Assembly: GCA_000697335.1 (NCBI GenBank)
Contig: JNEM01010425.1
Location: forward strand, 1-41,698
Length of the DNA stretch: 41,698 nt
DNA from: Conidiobolus incongruus B7586
Taxonomy: Eukaryota
Reading direction: 5' to 3'
The notes beneath the pieces were generated by a model. That model was not told the origin of the DNA, ran no database searches, and was given only the letters and a program-made list of their open reading frames with translations. Shown piece by piece: positions 12,979-26,388 of this stretch. A program made the translations under genes and the position numbers. Each line of letters begins with the position of its first letter. Within the stretch, counting starts at the first letter, position 1.

Positions 12979-13365
12979 TTAGGACCACTGAAAGACTAAG
13001 TCGAAGACATTCTTACTCCAGGATTTAAGAGGCGTAGTTTCACTTCTCAATAGTGGATGTACTAAGTCATAGTCCTGGTAAACATTAATCGACCTTGCGT
13101 TCTCAACTTCAATAAGATGGGGATCACCTTTATTCGGCTTGGGATGGTAATTGATTCGGAATTCTTCTTCCTCTTCCTTCTTTTTTTTGTTCTCTTCTTC
13201 TTTCTTTTTCTTTTCCTCTTCCTCCTTCTTCTTATCCTCCTCGACATTGGTCACTTCTTTATTGTCATCCCTTCTCCCAAACTCTCTCACCTCATTCGTA
13301 CCATCTTTGCGTAAAGCAACAGCCAATAATGGCATAGTAAACATTATATACTTGACTAATTTCAT
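12979..13365 (-). CDS. Small secreted protein (128 aa) with a Lys/Glu-rich helical segment
   Basis: Hydrophobic N-terminus MKLVKYIMFTMPLLAVA, dibasic RR site, run of EEDKKKEEEEKKKKEEE..., GC-rich island, TATA-like TATATATA about 40 bp upstream. Confidence 0.8.
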   Translation of the reverse strand: MKLVKYIMFTMPLLAVALRKDGTNEVREFGRRDDNKEVTNVEEDKKKEEEEKKKKEEENKKKKEEEEEFRINYHPKPNKGDPHLIEVENARSINVYQDYDLVHPLLRSETTPLKSWSKNVFDLVFQWS

Positions 13366-14451
13366 TCTTAATATTACAATTATTGATAATGGATTATATA
13401 TCTATATATATTCTTTAAAAAAATTGAACTAATATTAACTATTCAAAGTCTTTTATAATCTATTAATTTTATGCTAAATTGGCATGAATTAATGACATAC
13501 TAACTAATATGAAAAACTATTGGTTAATGATAAAATCAAGAAATTAAAAATTAATTGAATTTATTTTTAGAAATTTTTTAATTAAAAATTTATCAATTTA
13601 ATTTCTTTTTATTTTACTAATTAATCAAAAAAATTTTAGTTATATTTTTTTAATTAAAATAATAAAAAATTAAGTTTAATTCCTATTTTATAATAAATAA
13701 TTAATAATTCTAACTATATTTAAATAAGTTTACGATAATTTATGCATTTCTATTAAAGAAATTAGATCTTTCATTTTAAAATCATCCAGACCATTATTAT
13801 TTTATAGTGAAATTAATAATGATAAATGGGATAAACTTTTCAAACCAATTGGTATTTTATTAATAGAATGTTATTCATTCAAGAATTTATAGCGAGTTTA
13901 AATTATTGTGTATGTGTAAATTAGAAAAAAAAATATTCAATTTTTTAGGTTTGTGACTAAATTGAAATCACTATTTTTATCTTAAAATGTTGACTGATTA
14001 GGATATTTACCTAATTTTAATAATATTTCTATTAATAGCAATTATAAATTAAATGTTATTATTTATTAATAAAATTTTTTAGAAATAAATTTTACCTTAA
14101 AAAATTGGCATAATTTAATTTAATACAAATTCTTTTCAAAATAAAATTTTTAAGAATTATTTATAATGATATAATAACAAAATATATAATTGGTTTTGTA
14201 TTAATGATTTATTTTGTCTTATATAAAAGTATGTATTGGTAATTATAAAGATAACCATAACACTAATTCAATGTTAATTATAGGATCCCTATTGACTAAT
14301 GGATAATAGAATTATATTTTGAATTTTCAGCAATAACCAATTCAAATATTTAATTATAAAAAAATACTAGGATTCTTTGAAAAAATTAATATCAGTTCAT
14401 CTAATACTAATTTGGTTCAAAGTATCCAATATACCAAGGTTTAAATAATAT

Positions 14452-14789
14452 TGTCACGAGTCAGGTGATTCCCTTCTATCCAAGTATTCTTACAACAGCC
14501 TAATATTAAAGTCACTTCCCCCTCGCATACCATCTGCTCTTGCTCTGTCTTTTAATTAGCCGATGATGCAAGTCACCGGAGAATCTCATGAATCACCTTA
14601 CCCAATTCGCTCTATATAAAACCTGGAATCAGAGCTATCTTCAACGAAGAAGAATTCGATCTGGGTCCTCCCAGCTATTTGACTTAGACCAATAAACCCT
14701 CTACTTCCCTAACATTTACCTGGAATTCCCCAGATCTCTCTCTTTTACTTAAACTACTCTGGACATGGCTTTCCCAAGACTTATTAATA
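14452..14789 (+). mobile_element. Solo LTR (~335 bp)
   Basis: Starts TGTCACGAGTC and ends GACTTATTAATA (a C>T/G>A-eroded inverted copy of the start). Internal TATATAAA (14613) and AATAAA (14691). AATAT occurs at both flanks (14447-14451, 14786-14790), but the right boundary is ambiguous. A homologous copy lies at 6942-7078. Confidence 0.75.
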
Positions 14790-17048
14790 TCTTTAATTTC
14801 ACCCTTTTATCAACTGGTTTTAATTAAATATTCTCAATTTTTAATAAGTTAAAAATTACCATAATAATTAAAGAAGACACTCTGATTGACATAGTATCCA
14901 AAAAAATCATTTATTTTAGCTATTAAAGCATAGCTTTTATCAAATCTTCTTGAATTTAACTGATAATCCTTTAACTACAGAAGGCTGTTAGAAGTCAAAT
15001 GTGTTTGAATAAATTATCCAATAAAACTATTGGATTTGGATAGTTAGAACCAACCATATTATGATTTCTCTCTAAAAAATTCGGAATATATAAATTACTT
15101 TTGATTCAATACAAACTCGGATTTTGATACTATAATGGTATTATTTAAAGAATTTGACAATACATTAGTTTATCGTTGTTTTACAATTCGTTCTATATAA
15201 AAAACATTTTAACGATTTAACATGTAACAGATACTCAGTATTAAAGATTTCTATTATATGCTTATTGTTCTTAGAGGTCGAATATGATATATGAAAATGT
15301 AGCCAATCATTTTCAAGTAATTGAGAATCAATACTTAATTAAGGTTTTACACTTTGGTGAATTACACTTTTGAACTAGTAGATCAAATTTAGTCGATAAG
15401 CTTCAGTAGCAAAAGGATTAATCATTTTAGAATTAAAATATGAATAATAACTTTATAAAATAAAAATGTTAAATTCTAAATAAAATATAAATTAGGAATC
15501 AGAATTTATATTTAAGGTTAGATTATTGATGATGATTTATATATATTGCAATTGAACATTTGAATCTTATTATTTTTGAACTCATATTTGTATTAATTTA
15601 ATCAACAATTTAATTGATTGTAACAAAAATACTTTGTCAATAAAAAATTCAAACTTTCTAGATCGAAAATAATTAACTGAATATGAGATTTAAGGATGAT
15701 TTCAATTGTTCTTGAATTTCAGCCCATTTTTTTTGAATTATTAGGTTCATTCATGTGTTTTTCTTTTCTATCCAAATGATAACCCAAATAATCATAAATT
15801 ATTTTAATATTCAACTATAAATTGATAATGTGCATATGTTGATAGTGAAAATATATTTAAATTAACTTAATAAAATAATAATAATATTTTTAATTGATAA
15901 AATCCAATATTATCAAAATTGATTAAATTATGATTAAAATAATTTTAAATATTTATAATCCTTGACTATTTCAAACAGTTAGTTTTAAAATTAATTCTTG
16001 AGATTTAAATGAATGATACATATAGAAATCTATAACATAAATATAGCATGATTAATTGTAATGTGTATTTAAAAGAACACCTATTTTTTGTTTGATATAT
16101 ATATATATATATATAGTATTTTATACCATTTAATGGTTCAAAATTCACAATATTTTTGATTGAAACTCATTCAATATTATCCAAAAACTAGAAATTACCC
16201 AAATATCTTTGATTAAATTGGGTAACAATGATAATGAAAATATAAAAAATGTACAATAAAACAATTATTTCAAAAATTCATGCTATTATCTAAATAGATT
16301 TAAATCTCATTCATGTTTGTAATATTGTGTTTAAAAAACCTTTTTTGACAATAGTTTGGAATGATTGGTTGATTAAGTTTGTAAAATTATATCAAAACTC
16401 ATACCTCATCTGTTTTCTCATTAATCCTTTTAATTCAGAAAAATATTTTTCAGAATTCTCTGTTTATTCAATTGAATTTTATCCAATCGAATAATCTAAT
16501 TTCAAAATCGACTGTTATTTCCTTTAAGAATATAATTAATTCATCCAACCAAATAAAATTTATAATGATGAAATAATAGAATCTGTATATTAATGTATTT
16601 AATACAGATTTAATTACCACAGCATTAAAACATTACTATATTTGAAGATTTAATTACAAATTTTGTTTTAACTCGTGATAGAAATCCCGATTTCACAGTA
16701 TATATTGATAATTACTCAAAGATTTCATATTAAACCGAATTTAGAAAACAAGATTGCCAATATCCACTTGATTTAACATATAAATTTTTATTAAGGACTA
16801 AAAATATTAATAAAAAATATCCGATATTCAATAAATAAAATTAATATTATATTGACTATATTATAAAAACAATTTTTGTGGCTATTCATAATAATAAATT
16901 AATTCAAGGATCAGGAGGAGGAAGAGGGGATAAAATACTTCCTAATTAAATAAATCAATGACATCAAACTCAAACACAGTCCATTGATTTAAAACAAATT
17001 GATCAATTATTCACTCTTAACCTTCTTTAAAATTTCAACAATTTAAAA

Positions 17049-17077
17049 TTATTATTATTATTATTATTATTATTATT
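17049..17077. repeat. (TTA)n microsatellite upstream of the spectraplakin-like gene
   Basis: ttattattattattattattattattatt. A (TA)n run also lies at ~17233-17258. Confidence 0.85.
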
Positions 17078-17271
17078 TAAAAATATATAAGCTTAAGAAT
17101 TAATAACAAGATATAATAACAACAACAATAATAATAAATTCTTTTTAGATAATATTGTCAATATTTTAATAATTAATAATTTCAATAGATATATAATTCA
17201 AATATATATTCGAGAAAGTTATTTCTAACTCATATATATATATATATATATATATATAACTATTTTCAACA

Positions 17272-20200
17272 ATGTCCAAATTATTAAAACCAATAACTAA
17301 ATCTTTTAAAGTTTTAAACCGTTTAAATCAACCACGAGGGAATGATACCGACGGTAGTTACGAAAACGTTATGGACGACGATACCATTCGTAGTTTGGCT
17401 TCCAATTTTGAAGACGCCCAAAAACGAACCTTTACAAAGTGGATCAACGTACAATTGACGGATACTGACACTAGGGTGAAGAATATCGATGAAGATTTGA
17501 GGGATGGGAAGCTTCTTCTAAAGTTGTTGAGTATACTCAGTGGAGAGAAGGTTGCAGAGCCCGAAAAAAAAAGTAGTAGAATTCATATGATTGCTAACGT
17601 GAATAAATGTATCGAATTTTTGGAATTTAAGATTCACGAACCTTTACATAATATCGGTAGTGCCGATATCGTTGACGGTAACGTTAAATTGACGCTTGCT
17701 TTAATTTGGGTGATGATTTTGAGGTTGAGAATTCAGAAGAGTATAAACTATGAGGAAAGTATGCTAATGTCGCCTGGTGCCACGAATTTGGTATAATTTT
17801 TTTATTTTATTATTTATTATTTATATTGTTAATAATTAATTCATTATTTTTTATTCAGACGCCTGCTCTCTCTCACAAAAGTCAATTGGATAACGAACGT
17901 TCAATGCTAGATGCTAAACAGTCCGCGGAATTGACTACACCGAAATTCTCTGTGCAGGGGACGCCCAGTAGACCGGGCAATGTGGACGCTAAGCAATTTC
18001 TATTGGAGTGGGTGCAACAACAATTGAGTATTTATGAAGGGCTGGTACCTCAAGTCACCGATTTCAGAGGTTCTTGGAAGAACGGTGTCGCTTTCAGTGC
18101 ACTCATCAATCGTCACGACCTAAATCTACTTCCAGATTTAGGTGCTATTGTCGAGAGAGCGTCGCGCGATGCCAGCGAATGGGAAAATATCCTGTCCAAC
18201 GCATTTACAATAGCTGCAAACGGTATGGGGATCCCCCAACTTTTGGATCCTCGTGACGTTGCTGGAGTTTCCAATCCTGATGAAAAGATTATTATGATTT
18301 ATGTATCAGAGTTCTACGACGTCATGTCCAAAAAACAACGTATGGAAGAGATTGAAGCTTGGAAACATAAACAAATTGTATTTGATCAATTTACCCAACT
18401 TGCCAACAGTATCAATACCCAATTGGACACCTTTGCAGAGTCCAAATTAGATTTACCATCCTATGACGCTCCCAGAGATCCCCAAAAACTAGAAGAACTT
18501 GACCAATTACAAAAAGCCAGATCCGCCAGTATTTTAGAATACGAGCCAACTATTGACACTTTAGTCAAGACTGGGAATACGCTTGTAAACTCGTATGCAG
18601 AATCTGAGCCAACTTTCATCGACATTGTGAAAGATACACAGAATCAAGTACTCAAAAAATGGGATGGCCTCAAAGCAGAGATTCAAAACCAATCCGAAAT
18701 GATCCAAAATTTGAGTGTATGGGGCGAATTAAACGAATTATTGACGTCGTTCGGCCACAAGTTGGACGAATTCCACTCCGATGTCACAAATCTTATGGAC
18801 AAGAGAGGCACAATGCTTCCAGAAGAAGCAGAACGTCAATTCGGTCAACTTTCCGAAGTGCTCAAAGACTACCTTCGTGAATGGAGTGAATTGAACGAAC
18901 GTGCCAAATCGCAAGCACCACCACACATTTTTGAAAAGCTTAAACGCTACAAGGAGTTCTTGGACCACTCCAAGGGCAATTTGGATCGGTACAAAGCTTT
19001 GGAGCAATTCCAAAAGTTTAAAGATCATCTTAGCGATCAGTTGCTCACAATGTTCAATAAACGGTCCGAAGTGCGAAAACTTATTATGAAGACTATGTGG
19101 ACGCCAGAAGTCACAGACTATACCGACATGGATCAAAGTTTAAATTCTTTCGATCGTTGGCTGAAGGACGATGGCGAGAAGTTGATAGCGAATGTCAAAG
19201 AGAAGTGTGTGGATATTCGTAAATTGATCGAAGAATCAAATTTGACAAATCAGAACTCCCAGCTGTCTACAATCCTACTGAAAGAGGAAGAGGTGAATGT
19301 GAGTTGGCAAGAATTGACGCGTCTCGTTAATTTAGGCCATCAGCTTTTAGTTCAATCTAAAACTGTCACACAAATTAATTCCAAATTGGATGCCATTGAA
19401 ACTACTTTGAATCAGACTGAAAGTCTAATTTTAGAGGGTGGCGATCAATCCAACGTTCAGACTACTCTATCCCAAGTTCAAGATAATCTCAGCAGTTTGG
19501 AAACTGAAAAGGATACAATCCCAACTGTCGACTCGCCAGAAGCTCAAGCTGCTACTAATGAAATTGTGAATTATCTTATGAAGAGATTTTCACATCTTTA
19601 TTCCATGCTGGATAGTTGCAAGTCACAAAAACAACAAATTGAAGAGAATTCCGAGCTTCTAAGATTATTTGAAGAATCTGTATCCAACGGGTCAGACCTA
19701 ATTGATACCTTGAACAAACAAACACAATGGGTTGACAGAGCTCTTCAGCTCCTAGCGACTATGGAACCAAGCCAAGTTCAAGAAATCACATCACAGTTAT
19801 CATCCAAATTGGAAGAATTGAGTGCAGAAATCACATTGATTGAAAGCAAGCACAAAAAATTCGTCAACTCTGTAGACGAAGTCTACCCCAAGCTCCAACT
19901 AACTACCCACAAAAATGAACTCGATACGCTCAAAAAGGAAGCTGTAGTCCTGTTCAAAAATTTGGAAACTGGTGCATCCAACATCATTCAAGGTGTACTA
20001 TCAGGCGATTACATCAGTTCCAATGTTTCTCAAATCGTCGAACTTTTGAATGCTATGAAAGATCTCCAATCCGCAATTGAATCGAGCGATCTCGACACTC
20101 TCAGCGTCACAGCATTCGAAGAATGGCGCACGGCAATTTCTGAAGTGGATGTCAAATGCGACAAGCTGCTAGCGAGGCCGCCCAAAGATTTCAATCCCGA

Positions 20201-23200
20201 CCTTATCCCCAAGTTGAAGGGCCAACTCGACTCAAAAATTGAAGCTTTGCGCGACATTTCGAAGAAGTCATCAACGCTGTTGGAAGAGCGTTACGAAACC
20301 TTCAAGAATAAAGATTTCAAACGACATTTGGAGGTTTGTGAAGAGTTCCAGAAAGAGTGCGGCGAGTTAGAAGTTACTTGCTCCTTGGCAATTAATACCC
20401 ACTCCAAATTTTTGGGAATGATGCTCGCCGATGATTTGATCAAATACCAGGAATTTAAGGTGGTGTATAAGGAGGCTTTGCTCCAGAGATCTCATCTCAA
20501 ACCAAAGTACAAGATGCTACAGTCGAATTATGACAAGTTGGTACAGTTGCAAGAGACTGAATTGAAGGCATCGGCACTGGAAGCACATCAAAATTGCATC
20601 GATCTATTTTCCAAGTGTGAAACTTCGCTGGAAGCTATCAAAGCTTTAATTGAATTCAACGCGATCATCATCGAAACCTCCACAAATATAACCAAACTTG
20701 CAGAAGATTTGCAGGAGGACCAACAGATTATTATCGATTTGATTAATGTCCCAACTTTCAAATTGTCTGATGAAATTGCCAAAATTGACGAAATTTTAAC
20801 ATCCAAGGAAAAGCAGTTGCAAACCATTAAAATTCCCAACGATTATCATAATACATTCGACAAGTTTGATACACAAATTGTTGAGATAGCGAACTATAAC
20901 GTATCGAAACTGGGTCAACAGTTGATGCAGTTGGTAGATACATTTGAAGGGACTAAAAAGCAGTTTCAAACAAATCGCAAAACAGCCGAAGACGCTCAAA
21001 ATTCGCAAATTGAAGAGAAGTTGCAAGGGTTGGAAACTTGGTGTCAGCAACAGTTCGATACCTTGATCAAGGAACGAGATCAAATTCGGAATTGTGCACT
21101 CAAACAAATGTCGTCGGTGCAGACTACGAATGCACTAATCGATAAATTTGAAGGAGGTCATGAAAGGCTGAGGGAGAAGATCCGAGGTCAATTTGATGAA
21201 ATGAAGGATATTGAAGCTCAACTGAAGCATTCCAATGTTGACAAGTCACCAAGATTGAAATCTATGTTGGAGGATCTGGATCAAGAGATTAATGATCGCG
21301 AAACTATTTTCGCAAGTATTAAACAATTAACCAACCATAAAGACATCTGTAGACGTTTCGAAACTCAAATGACAACTCTAAAAGCTCCTTTAAATCAAGA
21401 TATTTTAAATTCTAAAGCTTATCAGGCTTTGGATTCAGCACTTTCTGAGGATGGCGAATTGACTAAATTGAAATCCGAATTTCACTCAAGTTACGAAATT
21501 GTAAAACCCATTTTCAACGATATGAAAGCTTCGGCTTCTGACCTATTCGCATATATCGATTCCGAAGAAATTTCTAATTTATCTAAAATATCTACCGATT
21601 TATTGACTGATTACGATAGTTTGAACAAATTGAGAGAGTTGAGTAAATCCAATTTGGAAGTGCACATGAAAGCTCACGATTTGGTAGAATTGATGGAAGA
21701 ATTGCAAAAGAATGTAGATAATATTGACAATGTGGATATTAACCAGAGCAAGAAGGAGGATGCGTTGGAACTTATTAAAAGCCGATTGCACGACCCAATT
21801 ATGAAGGAATGCGAAAACTTGAGACGAATGGTACTCAACTTGCCGGACGGGTCCAGGGATTGGAGCAGTAAAGTTAAAGGGATTTACGAAATGTCGCACC
21901 TGTTACTGAGTGCGATCGATGAGAAGCAGTCCGAGATCCAGAATGCCCAGATGGTCAAGCAGTTTTTGGCGAGGAGTGACGAGATGGATAATTTGATCGG
22001 ACAATTTTTGGAAGTGATCGATTCCGTGACGGCTGTGACTGATTCGTCAACGTCGTTCCTCGAAGAGTTGGAAAAAGCTCAGAAGAAGTTGCAAATAAGA
22101 GGGGATGCGATCACCGCCGAAGCTACCGATCTCATCGACGAATTGAGTGCTCAGTGCCAGAGTATTAGCGACTGGAGAGCTGGCCAACGTCTCCAGCTGA
22201 TCATGGAACAGTGGGACGAAGCTTCCCAATTGGCTAAATCCGTCATGGACAAATTGTTCAAGAGGATCGAATACAAGCAAGAGACACATAATATCAACAG
22301 AGCCAAATCTTTGCAGAGAGCAACTTCCCGCAACCATCCCAAGTACATCCCTCCCGATAAAAATAAGATTGGGTCAAGATATATGCAGAATATTGGCAAT
22401 GTTAAACCACCAAAACCTTCGCCCAAGCCTAAATCCAATAGTACTCAGAGTGATAAATTGACGAAATCCCCGAATCGTTACGTACCCAATCTCAAAGACA
22501 GTTTGGACGTAGAAATCGCCAGAGTGGTCAACGAATGCCCCGAACCTATCCAAGTGGCCCGCGATCCCGAAACTGGCAAGTACTGGATCGGGGATAAGGA
22601 TCCCAAGCTATGCTACTGCAGAGTTCTCAACAGTCGCATGGTGATGGTCAGAGTAGGCGGTGGCTGGAAAGAACTGTCCAAGTTCCTTTTAGATTACTCC
22701 GAAAAGCACTCGTCATCCAATCCCGGAACGATCAAATCGCCCAACAAATTCTTCAGGGCTTACAATCCCGATGTGGTGATGGACCGACCTCCCTCGAGAT
22801 CGTCAGGGTCCATCACAGGGGTACTATCGCCAGATAGTATGAAAAAGTATACAAGTCCGATGCTCACCAACAGAACTATGAATGTGACCTTAAATCCTGA
22901 TAATCGAATTACTTATGGCGCTGGGTTCTTGCCTCTCGAGGTTAAGAATCGTCCCAAATCAAGATTGGGCGGTAAAATGTCGTCCACACCTACAAGTAGA
23001 TCGCAGTCGGAAGGTACTAACCATCATCAGGATAGTCACCTCACGCGTAGTAATCGATCCAGCGTCCTCATGTCTCCCACAGGCTCCAACACTTCGAGGC
23101 CCAGCTCCCGCATGCACAGTCGTCCCAGCTCGAGCCTTGGTGGCGGTAACTACGCCTCGCCCACAATTGCCTCTGCATCCAAGGCTAGGAACACCGCCGA

Positions 23201-23417
23201 CGACGCCCTCAAACCCTACAGCTACTCCAGTCTGGACGGCAGAGGCGGCCTCCAGCTCCAAAAATCCAGAAGTTCCTCCTCCTTGGACGGTCGCAACACG
23301 ACGAAATCACTCCCTGAAAAAAGGACTCCATTCAGTGTTTTGGACCCGGAAGCTTTCAGTCCCATTAATGAAGCTAACGAATTGAGTCAGTTGGAGATGA
23401 CTCCAGAAATGAAGTAA
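17272..23417 (+). CDS. Spectraplakin-like actin-microtubule cross-linker, ~2025 aa: CH1-CH2, spectrin-repeat-like rod, GAS2/GAR domain, Ser/Arg-rich tail
   Basis: join(17272..17790,17859..23417) with a 68-nt phase-0 intron GTATAA...TTCAG. CH1: EDAQKRTFTKWIN...DLRDGKLLLKLL...DIVDGNVKLTLALIWVMIL. CH2: KQFLLEWVQ...DFRGSWKNGVAFSALINRH...PDEKIIMIYVSEFY. Long helical rod with periodic Trp. GAR: LDVEIARVVNEC...GKYWIGD...RVLNSRMVMVRVGGGWKELSKFL (~22500-22700). Confidence 0.9.
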
Positions 23418-24490
23418 AGGAATTTGAATTAAATTAATATTCGAGAATTTATAATGAATTAAAGAAATATATTTGGATCAGATAATACTATTTAATAAAA
23501 ATTATGTTAACTTAAAATTGATTAAATAATTAAATTCAAAGAACTAGAAATGAAATTATTATACAACTAAATCAAATTGAAAATTGAAAAAAATTATATT
23601 TAATATTTTTGATGAATTATATAGTGAGGGCGATAGTTTTAAATTCAACTTTGCAAATTATAGATTATTTTAGATAATTTTTTTAATCTAATATCATTAG
23701 TTTAGAAAGAAATGGCAAATTTTTCAATTTCTGATTTTTCAAACATATTTTTAGTTTTAACAAACAAAATATATAAGAGAATTAATATTTTCAAACTATA
23801 TATATAATTATATTTTCATTATATTATTTTGTTTTAAAGATTTACTGTTAAATTTAATTAGGTTGAAATTAGATAATAACTATCAAAATTGTTTTATTCT
23901 AATATTATTATAATTTAATTATAAACCCTTTAAAATAACTTAAGAGTTACAAACTGTTTATAAAAATAATCTTTCTTCTAAAATTACCATTTATTATTAA
24001 TTTTTTTATTTTAAAATTAAAAGGGATATTATTTAAAATAAACTAAAATCAACCTTTTTATTTTAATTAAAATATCATTAAATTAATTTAATATTAATTA
24101 TATAAAATATAATATATATATATTCAAGTTTAAACTTAGTTTAATTAATAAAAATATAAAACAACTACTTTATAATTTAATAAAAGCTTAAAAAAATAAA
24201 TGAGTTATAACTTAATAAAACTTATTAAAGGATAGCTAAATTTAAAAGTTTTTATATTAAATCAATATAACTCATAACTCAAATTCTTTTATATAACTTT
24301 GTATTTAAAAATTATAAGAAAATATTAAGATAAAATAATTTATAAATAAATGTTAATTATTATAATAAATTATAATATATAATTTTTTTATTTAATTATT
24401 AAAAATAAAATTATTATAATAAATTTTATATTTTTTAAATAATTTAAATTGGTGTTTTTATTATAAATTAAAGATACTAATTATTTTAAA

Positions 24491-26388
24491 TATTACTATA
24501 GAATTAAAAAAATGAGAAATTTTTTAATTTCTGATTTTTCAAATATATTATTAATTTCAAATAAAAAAATATATACAAAACAAATAAGAAAATAAATAGT
24601 TTTGAATTATATATATAATAATTTTTTTAATTAAAAAATTAATTTTTTAAAATTAGTTATTTAATTTAATTATATTTAAACCAAATAATAACCATCAAAA
24701 GTTTTTTATTTTAGTATTAATAAAACTTAACCACAAATTTTTTAAAATCATTTAAAATTTATAAGTAGTTTTTGATAATAAAGTATTATCTAAATTAATA
24801 GTTTATTATTAGGTAAATTATTTTAAAGCTAAGAATAAAATTACTTGAAACTTATTAAAATCTAAAAGATTAATTTTAACTGTTATTCTTTTAATTGTTA
24901 ATAAAATAAAAAATTATATTAAAAAATATTTTTTTTATTTCAATTAAAAAACTATTAAAATATTTTAATATTAGTTATACAAGTATTTTATATATATATT
25001 AAAGTTTAAATTAAAATTAATTAATAAAAATGTAAAATAAATACTTTATAATTTAACTAAAGCTTAAAAAAACTAAAATAACTATTGTTAAATAAAATTT
25101 ACTAAGGTATAACTAGAAACTAAAGCTTTTATAATAAATTATTATAATTAATAAATTTTAAATTCTTCTATATAATCTTTTGTTAAAATATAAATTAAAG
25201 TGTTAAATTAAGTTAAATCAACTCCCTCTATAAATTCCTTTAAATAAACACTTTATTAATAAGTGAATGTTAATTGTTGTAATAAATTATAGTAGCATAT
25301 ACTATTCTTATTTAGTTTTTAAAAGAAAATCAATTAATAATAAACTTTATATTTCTTTTATAAATAAAACTAATTTTAATTGGTATTCACAATATAATTT
25401 AAGAAAACCTATTGTTTTATATGATAATTATAAAATACATAAATTTAAAGTTATAAAAAACTTTTTAATTAAAAATAACTAGAAAAAACTACCACATCTA
25501 ATATATTCTTTAGATTATATCCTATGTAATTATAATTGCTTCAGGTAATTAAAAAACTAGCTTATTGTTGAACCTTTTAAATAATGCTTTTTTATTCAAC
25601 TTAAGTAATATATTATAATATTCACTTATTTTATTAACAAAATATATTATATAAGTAAATATTAATATTTTATAAGTATACTACAAGTTTAGTTTAATAG
25701 TAAACTTAAATAGTTTCTTAGTTAGTGTTATTATACAAAGTATAATCTAAGGTAATATATAAAGGAATAAATTTCCAAATAAAGCAACATTTGTTTTTTT
25801 TTCTAACTTAAATAAAGGTAGTAAAAGCTAGCTTTACATTATTTAATTAAACTTAATTTGTTATTTAACAAATTGTTTATTTGGTTATTATATCAGATGT
25901 TTCACTCCTTGATATTTTTTTAAGTAAAAAAACAATTTATAATATTATTGATGTTGATTATAATAATAGCTAAGTTTTTACTAAAACTTATTTATCTTAT
26001 TAAAAGTAAAGTATTATTGATAATTAACAACAAAGTATAAATTATTAATGTAAAATTAATTATTTATAACTTAAGAAAAACAATCTAGTTGGTTTAATTA
26101 ATAATACCTTAAAAGATTACTAATATAATATTTTAGATTATAATACTTATAAGAAAGAAAATTTCTATAAGAAAATTTAATTGGTTTATAAAACATCAAA
26201 TTTTAGTCTTTAATAAAAAGAATTATTTTTTAAATTTTAGATTTTTGTTAAAAGTAAAGCAAAAAGTTATTAGAAATAAAAGAAATTATTAATTTTATAT
26301 TATATATTTATTTTTACTTTTTATATATTAAAATCTTTATTTTTTTTCAATTGTAAAAAATTCCTATTATTTAAATTACAAAGTAATA
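24491..26388 (+). mobile_element. Full-length degenerate mariner (copy B), 1313 bp after removing a nested LTR
   Basis: TA-flanked TIRs tattactatagaattaaaaaaatgagaa (24491) and ttcctattatttaaattacaaagtaata (26388). Colinear with copy A. Transposase relic K*MLIVVINYSSI...KSINNKLY...PIVLYDN...LPHLIYSLDY. Confidence 0.9.
25566..26145. mobile_element. 580-bp insertion with a 5-bp TSD, probable solo LTR, nested in mariner B
   Basis: Absent from copy A. Flanked by CTTAT at 25561-25565 and 26146-26150. Starts TGTTG and ends TAATA (= CAACA after C>T). Confidence 0.8.

Noticed and set aside
13062..13432. Arg/Lys-rich, Phe/Leu-rich and Ser/Phe-rich ORFs
   Set aside because: Frame-shifted and antisense shadows of the K/E-rich low-complexity gene.
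18074..23385. Many nested and antisense ORFs inside the large gene
   Set aside because: Expected shadows of a long GC-richer CDS; no motifs. The same applies to those inside APC1, NUP49, YRA1 and RPN9.
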